A stretch of DNA of 24,277 bases from a virus. Its lineage: Duplodnaviria > Caudoviricetes. Under the pieces are notes generated by a model, which saw only the letters and a program-made list of their open reading frames with translations, had not been told where the DNA came from and did not search any database. The translations under genes and the position numbers were made by a program. The stretch is taken from positions 1 through 24,277 of the IMG/VR virus record IMGVR_UViG_3300012953_005031. The stretch is one strand, 5' to 3'. Each line of letters starts with the position of its first letter. Position 1 is the stretch's first letter. Positions 1-8,830 of the stretch are shown one piece after another.

Positions 1-635
1 TCAAAAAACAATTGAGAAAAAGCAATATTTATATCATCAACAATTATACATTTTTTATATCTATCGATAACTGAAATTAGATTAGGAATATCAAGATTAA
101 AATCAAATTCTTTATTATCACTACCCATACCTATGGTATGATATACTTCCTCAGACTCAGTTAATGTTTTCATTAAATCTGTTGGTTCTGTTGTGATAAA
201 AGCTGTATCTATTTCAAATGGTGGCAAATCTTGTTTAGGAACAAAGATATCCAAAGCTGGCAGTAAGTTGACAATTTTAGTTTTACCATTGATTGCGGGA
301 GTAATGATATCATGGGTATTAGTAAAAAACAATGGTGTTTTAATATTTTTATCAGTTAATTCTGATTCAATTTGATCAATAATTTGCTTATCAGCACCCG
401 TAATATTTAAAATTAATTCTATATTAGAACCACTGAGGTATTTCATCATATCATGTGTGATAAATCTGAAATTATTTAAAATAGAATCTGGTTTAGCTTC
501 GTCCAGCATATCAAATGTACTTATGTTCTTGTCGGCCCAAAACACAACATCACATTCTGCTTCGATCATAGCTCTGTGTAGATACAATGATTCAGTTGAC
601 AATGCTGTTGAATAATTCTGTATTAACATTTTCAT
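1..635 (-). CDS. Hypothetical protein, 3'-truncated by the window edge; possibly a degenerate GT-B/CgeB-like glycosyltransferase
   Basis: Not in the ORF track. ATG at 635 overlaps the TGA of the upstream gene (ATGA, 632-635). My manual translation stays open to position 1 (211 codons): MKMLIQNYSTALSTESLYLHRAMIEAECDVVFWADKNISTFDMLDEAKPDSILNNF...IAFSQLFF. The 'FDMLDEAKPD' segment resembles GT-B N-terminal domains (weak). Confidence 0.75.
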   Translation of the reverse strand, partial: MKMLIQNYSTALSTESLYLHRAMIEAECDVVFWADKNISTFDMLDEAKPDSILNNFRFITHDMMKYLSGSNIELILNITGADKQIIDQIESELTDKNIKTPLFFTNTHDIITPAINGKTKIVNLLPALDIFVPKQDLPPFEIDTAFITTEPTDLMKTLTESEEVYHTIGMGSDNKEFDFNLDIPNLISVIDRYKKCIIVDDINIAFSQLFF

Positions 636-1384
636 ATCTTTGTAGTCTTTCTTAATGTTTTAATATTGTCAATTTTTATAATTGGCTTGTTACTTAAATT
701 TTGTTGTATCTTTATTTCAAAATTTTTCACTAATTCATTTAAAGCTTCAAACATAAACTTATTTTTATAATCAGTATTAGAAACTATACGTAGCAAATAA
801 TCAATACTCTCTTGATCATATAAGAATAAAATCTCTGTCCAATATTTTGTTTTAACACCTAAGCATAATCTATTCACTTTATTATTTGTTGTTGGTATAA
901 CTCCTACTTCAAAGTTGGAATCGTCTATTTGATTTTGTACAATAATCATTGATTCAGAAAAATCAAGTGAACTAAATTGAGATGGATATATTAATACTCC
1001 ACCTCCACATATAATTACTTTGTTGTTAGTTATATTGGCTAGGCAAAGCCTAATACTCTCACAGCAGTTTGAGTTATAATGAACTTGATTTTCAACAATT
1101 CTAATATTTATATTTTTAAATTTTTCTCTTACAAAATTAACAATTTTTATAGCTTCAAATCCAACACATAAAACAATCTCAAAGTTTTCAAATGTTGCAA
1201 GTATAGTGTTGATTTGTTTTTCTATTAATGTTTTGCTGTCCTCCAATTTTATTAAGGACACAGGACCGTAACTCTTCATCCTATATCCATGATTTTCACT
1301 TAACAGCACTATAGAAACATATTCTTTATTTCTTTTTATTTTTTTACCTTGTCTAGGACTGGTAATAAAATTATTACTTCTCAT
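632..1384 (-). CDS. Sugar-phosphate nucleotidyltransferase-like protein (NTP_transferase/LicC/MobA-like fold) with a degenerate signature
   Basis: 'SIVLLSENHGYRMKSYGPVSLIKL...KTLIEKQI...EIVLCVGF' aligns with the family pattern IILAAGxGxRMxxxxPKxLxxI...xLIExxI...EIxVVxGY. The C-terminal 'KIDNIKTL' sits at the usual EIDTxED position. Confidence 0.7.
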   Translation of the reverse strand: MRSNNFITSPRQGKKIKRNKEYVSIVLLSENHGYRMKSYGPVSLIKLEDSKTLIEKQINTILATFENFEIVLCVGFEAIKIVNFVREKFKNINIRIVENQVHYNSNCCESIRLCLANITNNKVIICGGGVLIYPSQFSSLDFSESMIIVQNQIDDSNFEVGVIPTTNNKVNRLCLGVKTKYWTEILFLYDQESIDYLLRIVSNTDYKNKFMFEALNELVKNFEIKIQQNLSNKPIIKIDNIKTLRKTTKI

Positions 1385-2112
1385 AAAGTTCTAACCATGT
1401 TATGCAATTGGGCCACTTGTTTTATCTCTTCATTAGTTTTATCAAAATCATTATACTTAAGATATTCACTATTGATAGCACTAAAAGAAGTACACATTAT
1501 ATTATCTTTTGTAAACACAATGTTTTTTTCTAAGTGGTCATTTATAGAAATATCAATGTCTTTAAAGAAGTTACCATCGATAATTTCTCCTGAAATTAAT
1601 TTAGTTAAATAATTGAATCCATGTAAATTATGGAAACAATCGAAATCACGTATCTTAATGGGGACATCGCCGCTTAAAACTAGTTTTGATTTTACAGCAC
1701 CAGAAGAGATTAACGAATTAATCATATGAGTCATTAATGATACGTTGCGAGAATTGACAGAAGTTACAACAACTGCAATTTTACTTTTGTCATAATGACA
1801 TTCTAGAATTGAATTTATAGTTTTTTCTACTTCAAATGGTTGACCATTATCATAAATTGAAATACCAAAAGTTGGTTCTATTTCTTTTCTAGCTTCCTGT
1901 AGTGTTGTATCAGATTCTCGGTCTCTATAGAGATTACAAAATCTTTTTATCGAAAAGATTGTGCCAGTTTCTTCTCTTAGAGTTTCTACTTCATCTCTTT
2001 CTTTGAATTTCTTAATACGTTTAGCTAAACATCCCACCTGAAGGTTACCAACCCTTTTTGCAAATTTACAACCATAACAGGTCATACCTTTATCGCTTTG
2101 CTGTGATTTCAT
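1381..2112 (-). CDS. Hypothetical protein with an N-terminal Cys cluster and a weak GT-A-like C-terminal part
   Basis: Long ORF. The start is uncertain; ATG 2112 (MKSQ) or ATG 2085 (MTCY) is more likely than 2142. It has CxxC (CYGC), QVGC and FCN. 'VEKTINSILECHYDKSKIAVVV' resembles the GT2 'L.xTL.SIL.Q.Y...EIIVV' segment. Confidence 0.6.
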   Translation of the reverse strand: MKSQQSDKGMTCYGCKFAKRVGNLQVGCLAKRIKKFKERDEVETLREETGTIFSIKRFCNLYRDRESDTTLQEARKEIEPTFGISIYDNGQPFEVEKTINSILECHYDKSKIAVVVTSVNSRNVSLMTHMINSLISSGAVKSKLVLSGDVPIKIRDFDCFHNLHGFNYLTKLISGEIIDGNFFKDIDISINDHLEKNIVFTKDNIMCTSFSAINSEYLKYNDFDKTNEEIKQVAQLHNMVRTL

Positions 2113-2503
2113 AATGAATTCCATTGATTTGAGTTGACACAATACTTAGACCAGCGTTTCGAATTAAATTACTTACTTCAGTGGCATCTGTCATAGATAA
2201 ACAATTTAATATATTATTTGATGCATTCTCAGGCGTAATCAATCCATTGATTACACTCTTAGAAAACATTCTCATCTCAACGCCACCAATTACCAAAGTT
2301 CCACCTATTCTTAGTTTTTGTAAAAGAGATGATATACAATTGCCTATGTTTGTATGATCAAAGTCATTCAACAATTGATTTGCCATTATAAACTGACACT
2401 CATTATCTGATACATCTTGGAAATCAATTTTTTGTTGATCTACAATAATCTTTTTATAACCGGATATAGGATTTTGGTTTTTGTTAACAATATGAATTTT
2501 CAT
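2090..2503 (-). CDS. Class I SAM-methyltransferase-like protein, degenerate
   Basis: 'GYKKI...D...VSDNECQFIMANQLLNDF...LLQKLRIGGTLVIG' follows the Methyltransf_11-like pattern (GYxNID...DNSxDxIxAxHxLEHF...RVLKxGGxLxI). The N-terminal GxG motif is absent. TAATG coupling at 2503. Confidence 0.55.
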   Translation of the reverse strand: MKIHIVNKNQNPISGYKKIIVDQQKIDFQDVSDNECQFIMANQLLNDFDHTNIGNCISSLLQKLRIGGTLVIGGVEMRMFSKSVINGLITPENASNNILNCLSMTDATEVSNLIRNAGLSIVSTQINGIHYEITAKR

Positions 2504-3510
2504 TATTTAATTACTCCATAAGCTACATCAAAAATTTCATTCCAATTTTGGATAAATTTGTCTTCTGAGAATTGTGCTAAGATTGTTGCTCTTGCTTCAG
2601 CACCCATTTTGTTTCTCAATTCTTCATCTTCCAGTAGTTGCTTACAATATCCTCTAAGCTCGTCTTCATCGTTAGACATAAATCCATTTCTACCATGATC
2701 AATAATTTCTGGAATCATGCATGTTGCGGTAGTCACAACTGCACACCCACAAGACATAGCTTCCAATAAAGATGTTGGAACCGGACTAATAGTTGATGTG
2801 TTCAAAAATACTTGAGCAGTTGCATATTCCTTAGCTAATGCTGCCACCGAAGGTGCGGGTTCACTGAGTCCCTCTGTCTTACCAACAATCCTTGTTAGGA
2901 ATTCCTTACCTTCATTAGTAATCCTAACATATCCTTGCCAATTACAACAATAATCTCTATTAATCCAATCATTAACTACGCTTAGCACATGTGGTTGTTT
3001 ATCATCTGTACCCGCTTGGTTTGGGTGGAACATTGCTGTATCTACAGAATGATGGACCACACGAGTTCTCGGTGCATTCATATTCCATTTGTCTACTGAG
3101 TAGTCAGAAATAAACACATTTATGTCACCGTGTTGTTTTCTAAACGTTTCTAATTGTTCATTTGGCCAGCTTGGAATAGGGAGTGTATGTTCTAAAGAAA
3201 TAAGTGGTAGCTTAAACACTGAGTTAATATTGTTTGCGACCATAAATTGGCCAAATTTACTTTGTGATAGAATAAAATCATAGTCAATGCCAGTTTGCAC
3301 CGCATTTGGATTCATTGTGTAATGATTATCAGGTACTGGTGCATATGACGTATCCCACTTTTTACCATCATCCCAGTTGAATATATAAAAGTTATGACCT
3401 GTTTTTGCAAGCTGAGTTTGATACCTTTCATGGGTATCAAATGTAATGATATTATACTTGTCCTTCTTTTGGATGGACTTATTAATAAATTGTAATGTTT
3501 GACTACTCAC
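2503..3510 (-). CDS. GT4 (GT-B fold) glycosyltransferase
   Basis: GTG start with a GGA Shine-Dalgarno (SD) site. Motifs: 'VVHHSVDTAMFHP', 'VFLNTSTISPVPTSLLEAMSCGCAVVTT', 'PEIIDHGRNGF', 'RNKMGAEAR...FS'. Confidence 0.9.
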   Translation of the reverse strand: MSSQTLQFINKSIQKKDKYNIITFDTHERYQTQLAKTGHNFYIFNWDDGKKWDTSYAPVPDNHYTMNPNAVQTGIDYDFILSQSKFGQFMVANNINSVFKLPLISLEHTLPIPSWPNEQLETFRKQHGDINVFISDYSVDKWNMNAPRTRVVHHSVDTAMFHPNQAGTDDKQPHVLSVVNDWINRDYCCNWQGYVRITNEGKEFLTRIVGKTEGLSEPAPSVAALAKEYATAQVFLNTSTISPVPTSLLEAMSCGCAVVTTATCMIPEIIDHGRNGFMSNDEDELRGYCKQLLEDEELRNKMGAEARATILAQFSEDKFIQNWNEIFDVAYGVIK

Positions 3511-4633
3511 TTAATAGTCCTTTCATTTCCTCGCCAATTTTCTCATAAGAGAATAATTTAACTTGTTCTAATCCAGCAAGTTTCCACGTTCTTTTAGTTC
3601 CTAAAGGATCTTTCTGATATGTTTCATATCTTTCCCTCATAGTTTTGCGTATTTGCATTTCACATGGTTGGAACCAATATTCTCTACCAGTAAAAATATC
3701 TGGAAATGCTGCATCAGAACATTTACACACAGAATATGATCCACCAATTAAAGTTCCACATCCTTCACTGATAAATTCTTTTGGTCCACCGTAGTCACTA
3801 CAGATAGGACTAGAACCAAAACCCATAGCATCAAACGATGGTAGTGACCATGCTTCTCCATGTGTTGGAGATATAAAACAATCACCATGTTGATGTAATG
3901 AATACAATTGGTCTTGAGTAACATCTTCAGATACAACAATATCCATATGATATTGCCTTATATCTGGATACATCCTTAGACTTTGTTTTACCTTAGTTAT
4001 AATTTGGTCTGTTAATTCTTTTGTTTGTTCTGCAGAATGGCCAAATTTTCTAACCTTCAAGATTAATGCAACAGGTTCTGATCTATCAAATTCACTATGA
4101 AAACATGTGACAATAGATTCAAGATTTTTTCTTTCATTAAGATCGCCAATATAATAAAATTTAAATTTATTCTTTGCAGGATCGATTTGAATTTCTTGGT
4201 ACTTTTTTTGGTACTTTGATATTTCAGAAGGATGGTGTACAACGTGAATAGGTACTTTAATACCATCACTAATTAATGATTCTCTTAAATCATTATTGGG
4301 CACCCAGATTTCCTGCATTTGTTCCAATTGAGTTAGCCAGCCTACATTTTTTAGGCTTGTTGATTCTGACTCAAGGAATGCAATATTTCTCTTAAAAGAG
4401 TCTCCACCAATCAAATGATGGGGTAATACATGCTGAATACAAATATCACATCCATGACTATCTTTTTGCTCTAATTGTCTAATCCTTGGATGAATATTGT
4501 TATTATCTTGGGTGAGCGTGACATTACGACAAACAATGTCAACACCTGCTTTATCCAAAGCTAGGATTTGATTTACTGCTGCGTTTGCCCAACCACTATT
4601 TTCTTTGTAATGTCCAATGTATAATACTTTCAT
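3503..4633 (-). CDS. GT4 glycosyltransferase
   Basis: Motifs: 'SGWANAA', 'EIWVPN', 'FYYIGDLNERKNL', 'DCFISPTHGEAWSLPSFDAMGFG..PICSDYGGPKEFI'. Confidence 0.9.
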   Translation of the reverse strand: MKVLYIGHYKENSGWANAAVNQILALDKAGVDIVCRNVTLTQDNNNIHPRIRQLEQKDSHGCDICIQHVLPHHLIGGDSFKRNIAFLESESTSLKNVGWLTQLEQMQEIWVPNNDLRESLISDGIKVPIHVVHHPSEISKYQKKYQEIQIDPAKNKFKFYYIGDLNERKNLESIVTCFHSEFDRSEPVALILKVRKFGHSAEQTKELTDQIITKVKQSLRMYPDIRQYHMDIVVSEDVTQDQLYSLHQHGDCFISPTHGEAWSLPSFDAMGFGSSPICSDYGGPKEFISEGCGTLIGGSYSVCKCSDAAFPDIFTGREYWFQPCEMQIRKTMRERYETYQKDPLGTKRTWKLAGLEQVKLFSYEKIGEEMKGLLSE

Positions 4634-4634
4634 A

Positions 4635-5186
4635 TTATTCCCTCATATCTATTACGCCAACCTTATTAGCAATATCATAAATTTCTACATCTAAATCGCT
4701 GGGTAATTTAGTTCCTTTAATAGAGTAATCATCTACGATGATAATTGATTTATTATCTTTTACTTTGTTAAATTGATCTAAGGTCTCTTGTGGGTCATTA
4801 CCACCATCTAAATAATAGATATCATATCTGCCATCACTTATGTAATCAATAGCATCTCCATAAATAACATTAATTTCATAATCTAAACAGGTAGACGCAA
4901 AGATCGAATGGGCAATATTGTCTAGGTTAATATCTACAATAGTTAACTTACCGCCGTGTTTTGCAATATAGGGTCCAAAAATTGTATCAGACCAGCCAGA
5001 ACCTAGTCGCCAAGGTAATCTAAATGTTTCTATTGCACCAACCTGAAAAACAGTTACGGGTTTTTCTTTGAATTGACTCAAAGCCCAATTAAAAATAAAG
5101 TCTCTTGAGGGATGATCAGGAAGTGCATTTTCAATTTTTGAGCTTAACATACTAACAGCAAAATTGTACTCAGGATTTTCAGCCAT
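4635..5186 (-). CDS. Class I SAM-dependent methyltransferase (Methyltransf_24-like)
   Basis: Motifs: 'VFQVGAIET', 'GSGWS', 'GKLTIVDIN', 'GDAIDYI', 'DIYYLDG', 'IIIVDD'. AAGGA SD upstream. Confidence 0.75.
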   Translation of the reverse strand: MAENPEYNFAVSMLSSKIENALPDHPSRDFIFNWALSQFKEKPVTVFQVGAIETFRLPWRLGSGWSDTIFGPYIAKHGGKLTIVDINLDNIAHSIFASTCLDYEINVIYGDAIDYISDGRYDIYYLDGGNDPQETLDQFNKVKDNKSIIIVDDYSIKGTKLPSDLDVEIYDIANKVGVIDMRE

Positions 5187-6873
5187 TAAGCATTCCTTTT
5201 TGTTTTAAAGTTTCAACACGTTTTTGTTCCCAACTATTGGTTCTATTACATAAATTGTGCATCTGATTATAAGCAATATCAAAATTAAACTCTTCACGGC
5301 TGCTTGTTCCAGAAAAAGCGGCTGAAGATTCATTGAAGTACATACCGCCAGTAGATGCTGTGCTAGATTTATACATCAAATCTCTAATTAATCTAGCTTC
5401 AAAAAAAGTATTAAGCTTAGATTCATCTCCCAATACTTCTACGATCAACCATTTAGCAATATCCGTAAAGGTTGCTTGAGGCTGTTGTTCTGGTTTTGGT
5501 TTTGGTTGATGTATTTTAGGTGGAGAAGCCCATGTTTCTTCAATAGGTTTTACTTCTACGCTATCAAAATATTCTTCCCATTTAGCTCCACTTAAATTCC
5601 ACTGATAGTATTTTTCAAAGTTTTCTCTTGTTTTTTCTCCTATTGCACGTCGCTCTTCCGGTGACTTATCGAAGAATTCATCAAACATTTGTGCTGCTAA
5701 ATCATTATCCGGTACTGCACGTAGACATCCGGTTTCTAATTCTTTGTATAGTGCTGCTGGTTTAATTGGGAAACCTTCCAACTTACGGAGAACAGACTCC
5801 ATTGCTGAATAATCTGTACCCATAACAGGAACACCACAGGCAGCAGCTTCCACCTGTGGTAGACCAAATCCTTCACAATTTGCATACTGCACATAAAGAT
5901 CAAAATAATTCATTATCTGAGATAGATCTTTATATGAAGCACCATTTTTTACATTAGATAATGTAGCTCCCCACTGTTTAGTATAAGGGGATTGGGCGAC
6001 GGCACCTTTAAAAACGGATGGGAATGGCTTCTTGGTATGCGGGCAAATGTACGTAAATAGTACATGCGAAGCCAATTCATATTGCTGAAGCAATTCTGGG
6101 ATATCCCATCCTAGATCTGGATAAGAAGTATGACAATACAAATAGCATGGGTCTGTATCTCCCTTGGCTATTCGTAAATCTAAAAACTTCCTAAATGCAG
6201 AAAAGAGATCTGGGTATAATTTCCTCCTTTGATTACGCATCACCGTCCCGATAATTTTAGCGTCTTTGGCTAGGTTATTTTCTAGCCTTAGTTTGCTTTT
6301 ATCTTCAACTGGCTTATAAGCCGGGTGAGCTGAAGGAGGAGAACTGCCAAGATAATTTATCTTACCACCAGATTGATCCTCTAAGATGCCGCCTGCCCAA
6401 TCTGAATATGTAAAGCAAGCGTCTGCAGATTCATAGGTGGCAATCCATTGCCGAGCCTGTGGTCGTGCATCAACTGTAGGCATAATAGCCCACTTAAAAT
6501 ATTTTCTGAATGGAGATCTCTCAGCGAAATCTAACATCCAAAAGTCGCGAATATCGCAAACAATGTCTGGCATAAAATCTAAGCATACATGCTCAAAAAT
6601 CCATTCTCCAAATTGATTTGTCCCACTAGAATTATAAAAATCTAATTCTTCTTGAGACGCTTTAGGTTCAGATGTTTGATTAGGTACTACGCCATAATAC
6701 TTCCAAGGAATATTAGCCGCACGAGGATCATTACGTTCACCATATGCAGCCATTTCAGCCAATTCATATTTACCAGTAGAATGCAAATATGTCAAAATTT
6801 CTCTGGTATAAGTAGCATAACCAGTATTTAAAAATGTAGCTTCACTACAAAACAATATTCGTTTTTTTCTCAT
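5179..6873 (-). CDS. Large GT4 glycosyltransferase with an extra C-terminal domain
   Basis: Motifs: 'RILFCSEATFLNTGYATY', 'GTVMRNQRRKLYPDL', 'FDLYVQYANCEGFGLPQVEAAACGVPVMGTDYSAM' (intact E-x7-E). A PKPKPEQQP linker is followed by about 95 further residues. Confidence 0.92.
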   Translation of the reverse strand: MRKKRILFCSEATFLNTGYATYTREILTYLHSTGKYELAEMAAYGERNDPRAANIPWKYYGVVPNQTSEPKASQEELDFYNSSGTNQFGEWIFEHVCLDFMPDIVCDIRDFWMLDFAERSPFRKYFKWAIMPTVDARPQARQWIATYESADACFTYSDWAGGILEDQSGGKINYLGSSPPSAHPAYKPVEDKSKLRLENNLAKDAKIIGTVMRNQRRKLYPDLFSAFRKFLDLRIAKGDTDPCYLYCHTSYPDLGWDIPELLQQYELASHVLFTYICPHTKKPFPSVFKGAVAQSPYTKQWGATLSNVKNGASYKDLSQIMNYFDLYVQYANCEGFGLPQVEAAACGVPVMGTDYSAMESVLRKLEGFPIKPAALYKELETGCLRAVPDNDLAAQMFDEFFDKSPEERRAIGEKTRENFEKYYQWNLSGAKWEEYFDSVEVKPIEETWASPPKIHQPKPKPEQQPQATFTDIAKWLIVEVLGDESKLNTFFEARLIRDLMYKSSTASTGGMYFNESSAAFSGTSSREEFNFDIAYNQMHNLCNRTNSWEQKRVETLKQKGMLNG

Positions 6874-6875
6874 TA

Positions 6876-7205
6876 TTATTCCTGATCAATACATGGCAGT
6901 TCAAATTGATTTATCCTAAATACCACAAGCTCATCTTCAAACCCATTGCCATCTGGATTTCTTACGTTCTTAGCCGTAGCATTAATGGTAATTTTTGTAC
7001 CTTTTTGTGCTAATTTAGCAATTGTTTCAGCTCCGGTGTGCCAAGCCTCACAGTATAGATAGACTGGAGTTCTGCTTTTTTCTCCGGTACTTTTAGTCCT
7101 TCGGTAGTTATATACTACTATCTTTAGGTCAAGATAGCTAACGCCATTCATGACATCCAGAATAGGATCTTCTGTTAAATAACCTGTAAATGTGCAACTG
7201 TTCAT
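6876..7205 (-). CDS. ssb: Single-stranded DNA-binding protein-like OB fold, no acidic tail
   Basis: 'MNSCTFTGYLTEDP...YCEAWHTGAETIAKLAQKGTKITI' matches the SSB pattern MNxVxLxGRLxxDP...xCxxWxxxAExxxxYLxKGxxVxV. GAGAGG SD before ATG 7205. Confidence 0.8.
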   Translation of the reverse strand: MNSCTFTGYLTEDPILDVMNGVSYLDLKIVVYNYRRTKSTGEKSRTPVYLYCEAWHTGAETIAKLAQKGTKITINATAKNVRNPDGNGFEDELVVFRINQFELPCIDQE

Positions 7206-7258
7206 CAATACCTCTCAATATACATACCTATGATAGTCTGCAAACAATAAAATGACTT

Positions 7259-8830
7259 TTAAATTTCGTGAATTTTATCAATAATAAAAGAATTATCTTT
7301 CTTATCTACTTTTCCATGAAATAGTAGATTGTTCCCTTCGTATAAAATATATTGATATTTGTCTCTTGCTTCCGGAAAGACAATTACATTATCTATACAG
7401 CATGATTCATCTTCTATTGTCAAAAAGCACATAGTTTTACCTTCTGACTTTCCTTTTTTGATTGTATGACTATTTAATCTATTTATATTAGCAGCCACAC
7501 TCATGTCCTTGCCGGTTTTACCATTTAGAATATCCTTGCAGCTCGTATTACCCAAAGATGTATCAGATGATTCTACTTTAGATAATGATATTGGACATCC
7601 CAAAAACTTAATTTCTTGCTCAATAATCCATGCTGGATCATCTGCCAGATCGTATGGTGGATTCAATAATAATTCAATTTCACCCTCTACGATTTGACTC
7701 CTATTCATATTATGGCACCCACCACCATTCTTCTTGGTTGGATACAGATCTTCAAAACAGTTACTCAAAGAACTCCAAGATTTTTCTGTGTAACTTGCCG
7801 TGACCCACTTGATTTCTGACTTGGTCAATTCTTTATAGATAAGGTATTCGTAAAGTGCCTTGTTTCTTGATATACCAGTTGATTTAGTAGAAAAGAAACC
7901 AATTGAACATAATGATTTAAAAGCGGTAGAATTTATCTTATTTGATATATAAACAAGAACATCCATCCAAGTGAATTGTTTTACAGATTTTCCACTTTCT
8001 TCTTCGGCTTCTTTTATAGCTTCAATAACTTTATCGCCTGTAACACCCGTTAAAGATTTGATGTCTTTGATTCCAAAGTAAATATATTTTCCATCTATAT
8101 TGAACTTCTTGTCAAATTTTGATAGATTAGGCAACTTGATTTCAATATCAAATAACTTAGCTTCTGAAATAAGCTCATACACTTCTTCATGAGGATCTTG
8201 TTTTTCTGAAGCATAAAACAGATATGATAGGAAGAATTCTTTAGTATAATTTGCTTTATACCAAGCACTCTCATAGGCATTAATAGCATATGATACAGCA
8301 TGAGATTTATTAAATGAATATCGTGCGGACTTTTCAATCCATCCAAAAATCTCTTTAGCAGATTCTTCACTAACCATACCCACTTCTTTACAACCATCAA
8401 TAAACTTGACTCGGATCTTAGCCATAAGATCCGCTTTCTTCTTACCAATAGCCTTACGAAGGTCATCAGCTTCCTGAAGGTTAAACCCAGCAAGCTTTTG
8501 AGCAATTCTCATAGCTTGCTCTTGATATACCAAAACACCATGTGTTGCACCAAGAATACTTTGCAATGCATCATCAATATATTTAACTTCATCTTTACCA
8601 TGCTTACGATCAACATAATGTTGAGTCATAGATTTGCCCTCGGACATAGCTTTTAATGTTCCGGGGCGAATAATACTAATTAATGCTGCTAATTCTTCAA
8701 TATTATTTGGCTCAAGACGTTTAGACCATGATCGTCCAAGCTGGCTCTCTAATTGAAAAATCCCCTTGGTGTATCCATCTTTAAATAGATTCCAAGTTTT
8801 TTCATCTTTATAATCAACTTTAATTGACAT
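7259..8830 (-). CDS. dnaE: DNA polymerase III alpha (DnaE), C-terminal part: fingers, HhH and OB domains
   Basis: Motifs: 'TKGIFQLES', 'SIIRPG', 'GVLVYQEQAM', 'ADDLRKAIGKKK', 'YSFNKSHAVSY', 'MCFLTIED...VIVFP'. The likely start is ATG 8830 (MSIKVDY) with a GGAG SD, overlapping the exonuclease stop. Confidence 0.93.
   Translation of the reverse strand: MSIKVDYKDEKTWNLFKDGYTKGIFQLESQLGRSWSKRLEPNNIEELAALISIIRPGTLKAMSEGKSMTQHYVDRKHGKDEVKYIDDALQSILGATHGVLVYQEQAMRIAQKLAGFNLQEADDLRKAIGKKKADLMAKIRVKFIDGCKEVGMVSEESAKEIFGWIEKSARYSFNKSHAVSYAINAYESAWYKANYTKEFFLSYLFYASEKQDPHEEVYELISEAKLFDIEIKLPNLSKFDKKFNIDGKYIYFGIKDIKSLTGVTGDKVIEAIKEAEEESGKSVKQFTWMDVLVYISNKINSTAFKSLCSIGFFSTKSTGISRNKALYEYLIYKELTKSEIKWVTASYTEKSWSSLSNCFEDLYPTKKNGGGCHNMNRSQIVEGEIELLLNPPYDLADDPAWIIEQEIKFLGCPISLSKVESSDTSLGNTSCKDILNGKTGKDMSVAANINRLNSHTIKKGKSEGKTMCFLTIEDESCCIDNVIVFPEARDKYQYILYEGNNLLFHGKVDKKDNSFIIDKIHEI

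Noticed and set aside
7209-7258. Sigma70-like promoter upstream of ssb (TTGCAG-17 nt-TATTGA on the minus strand)
   Set aside because: It is a weak match in AT-rich DNA and lies very close to the SD, so it cannot be supported as a feature.
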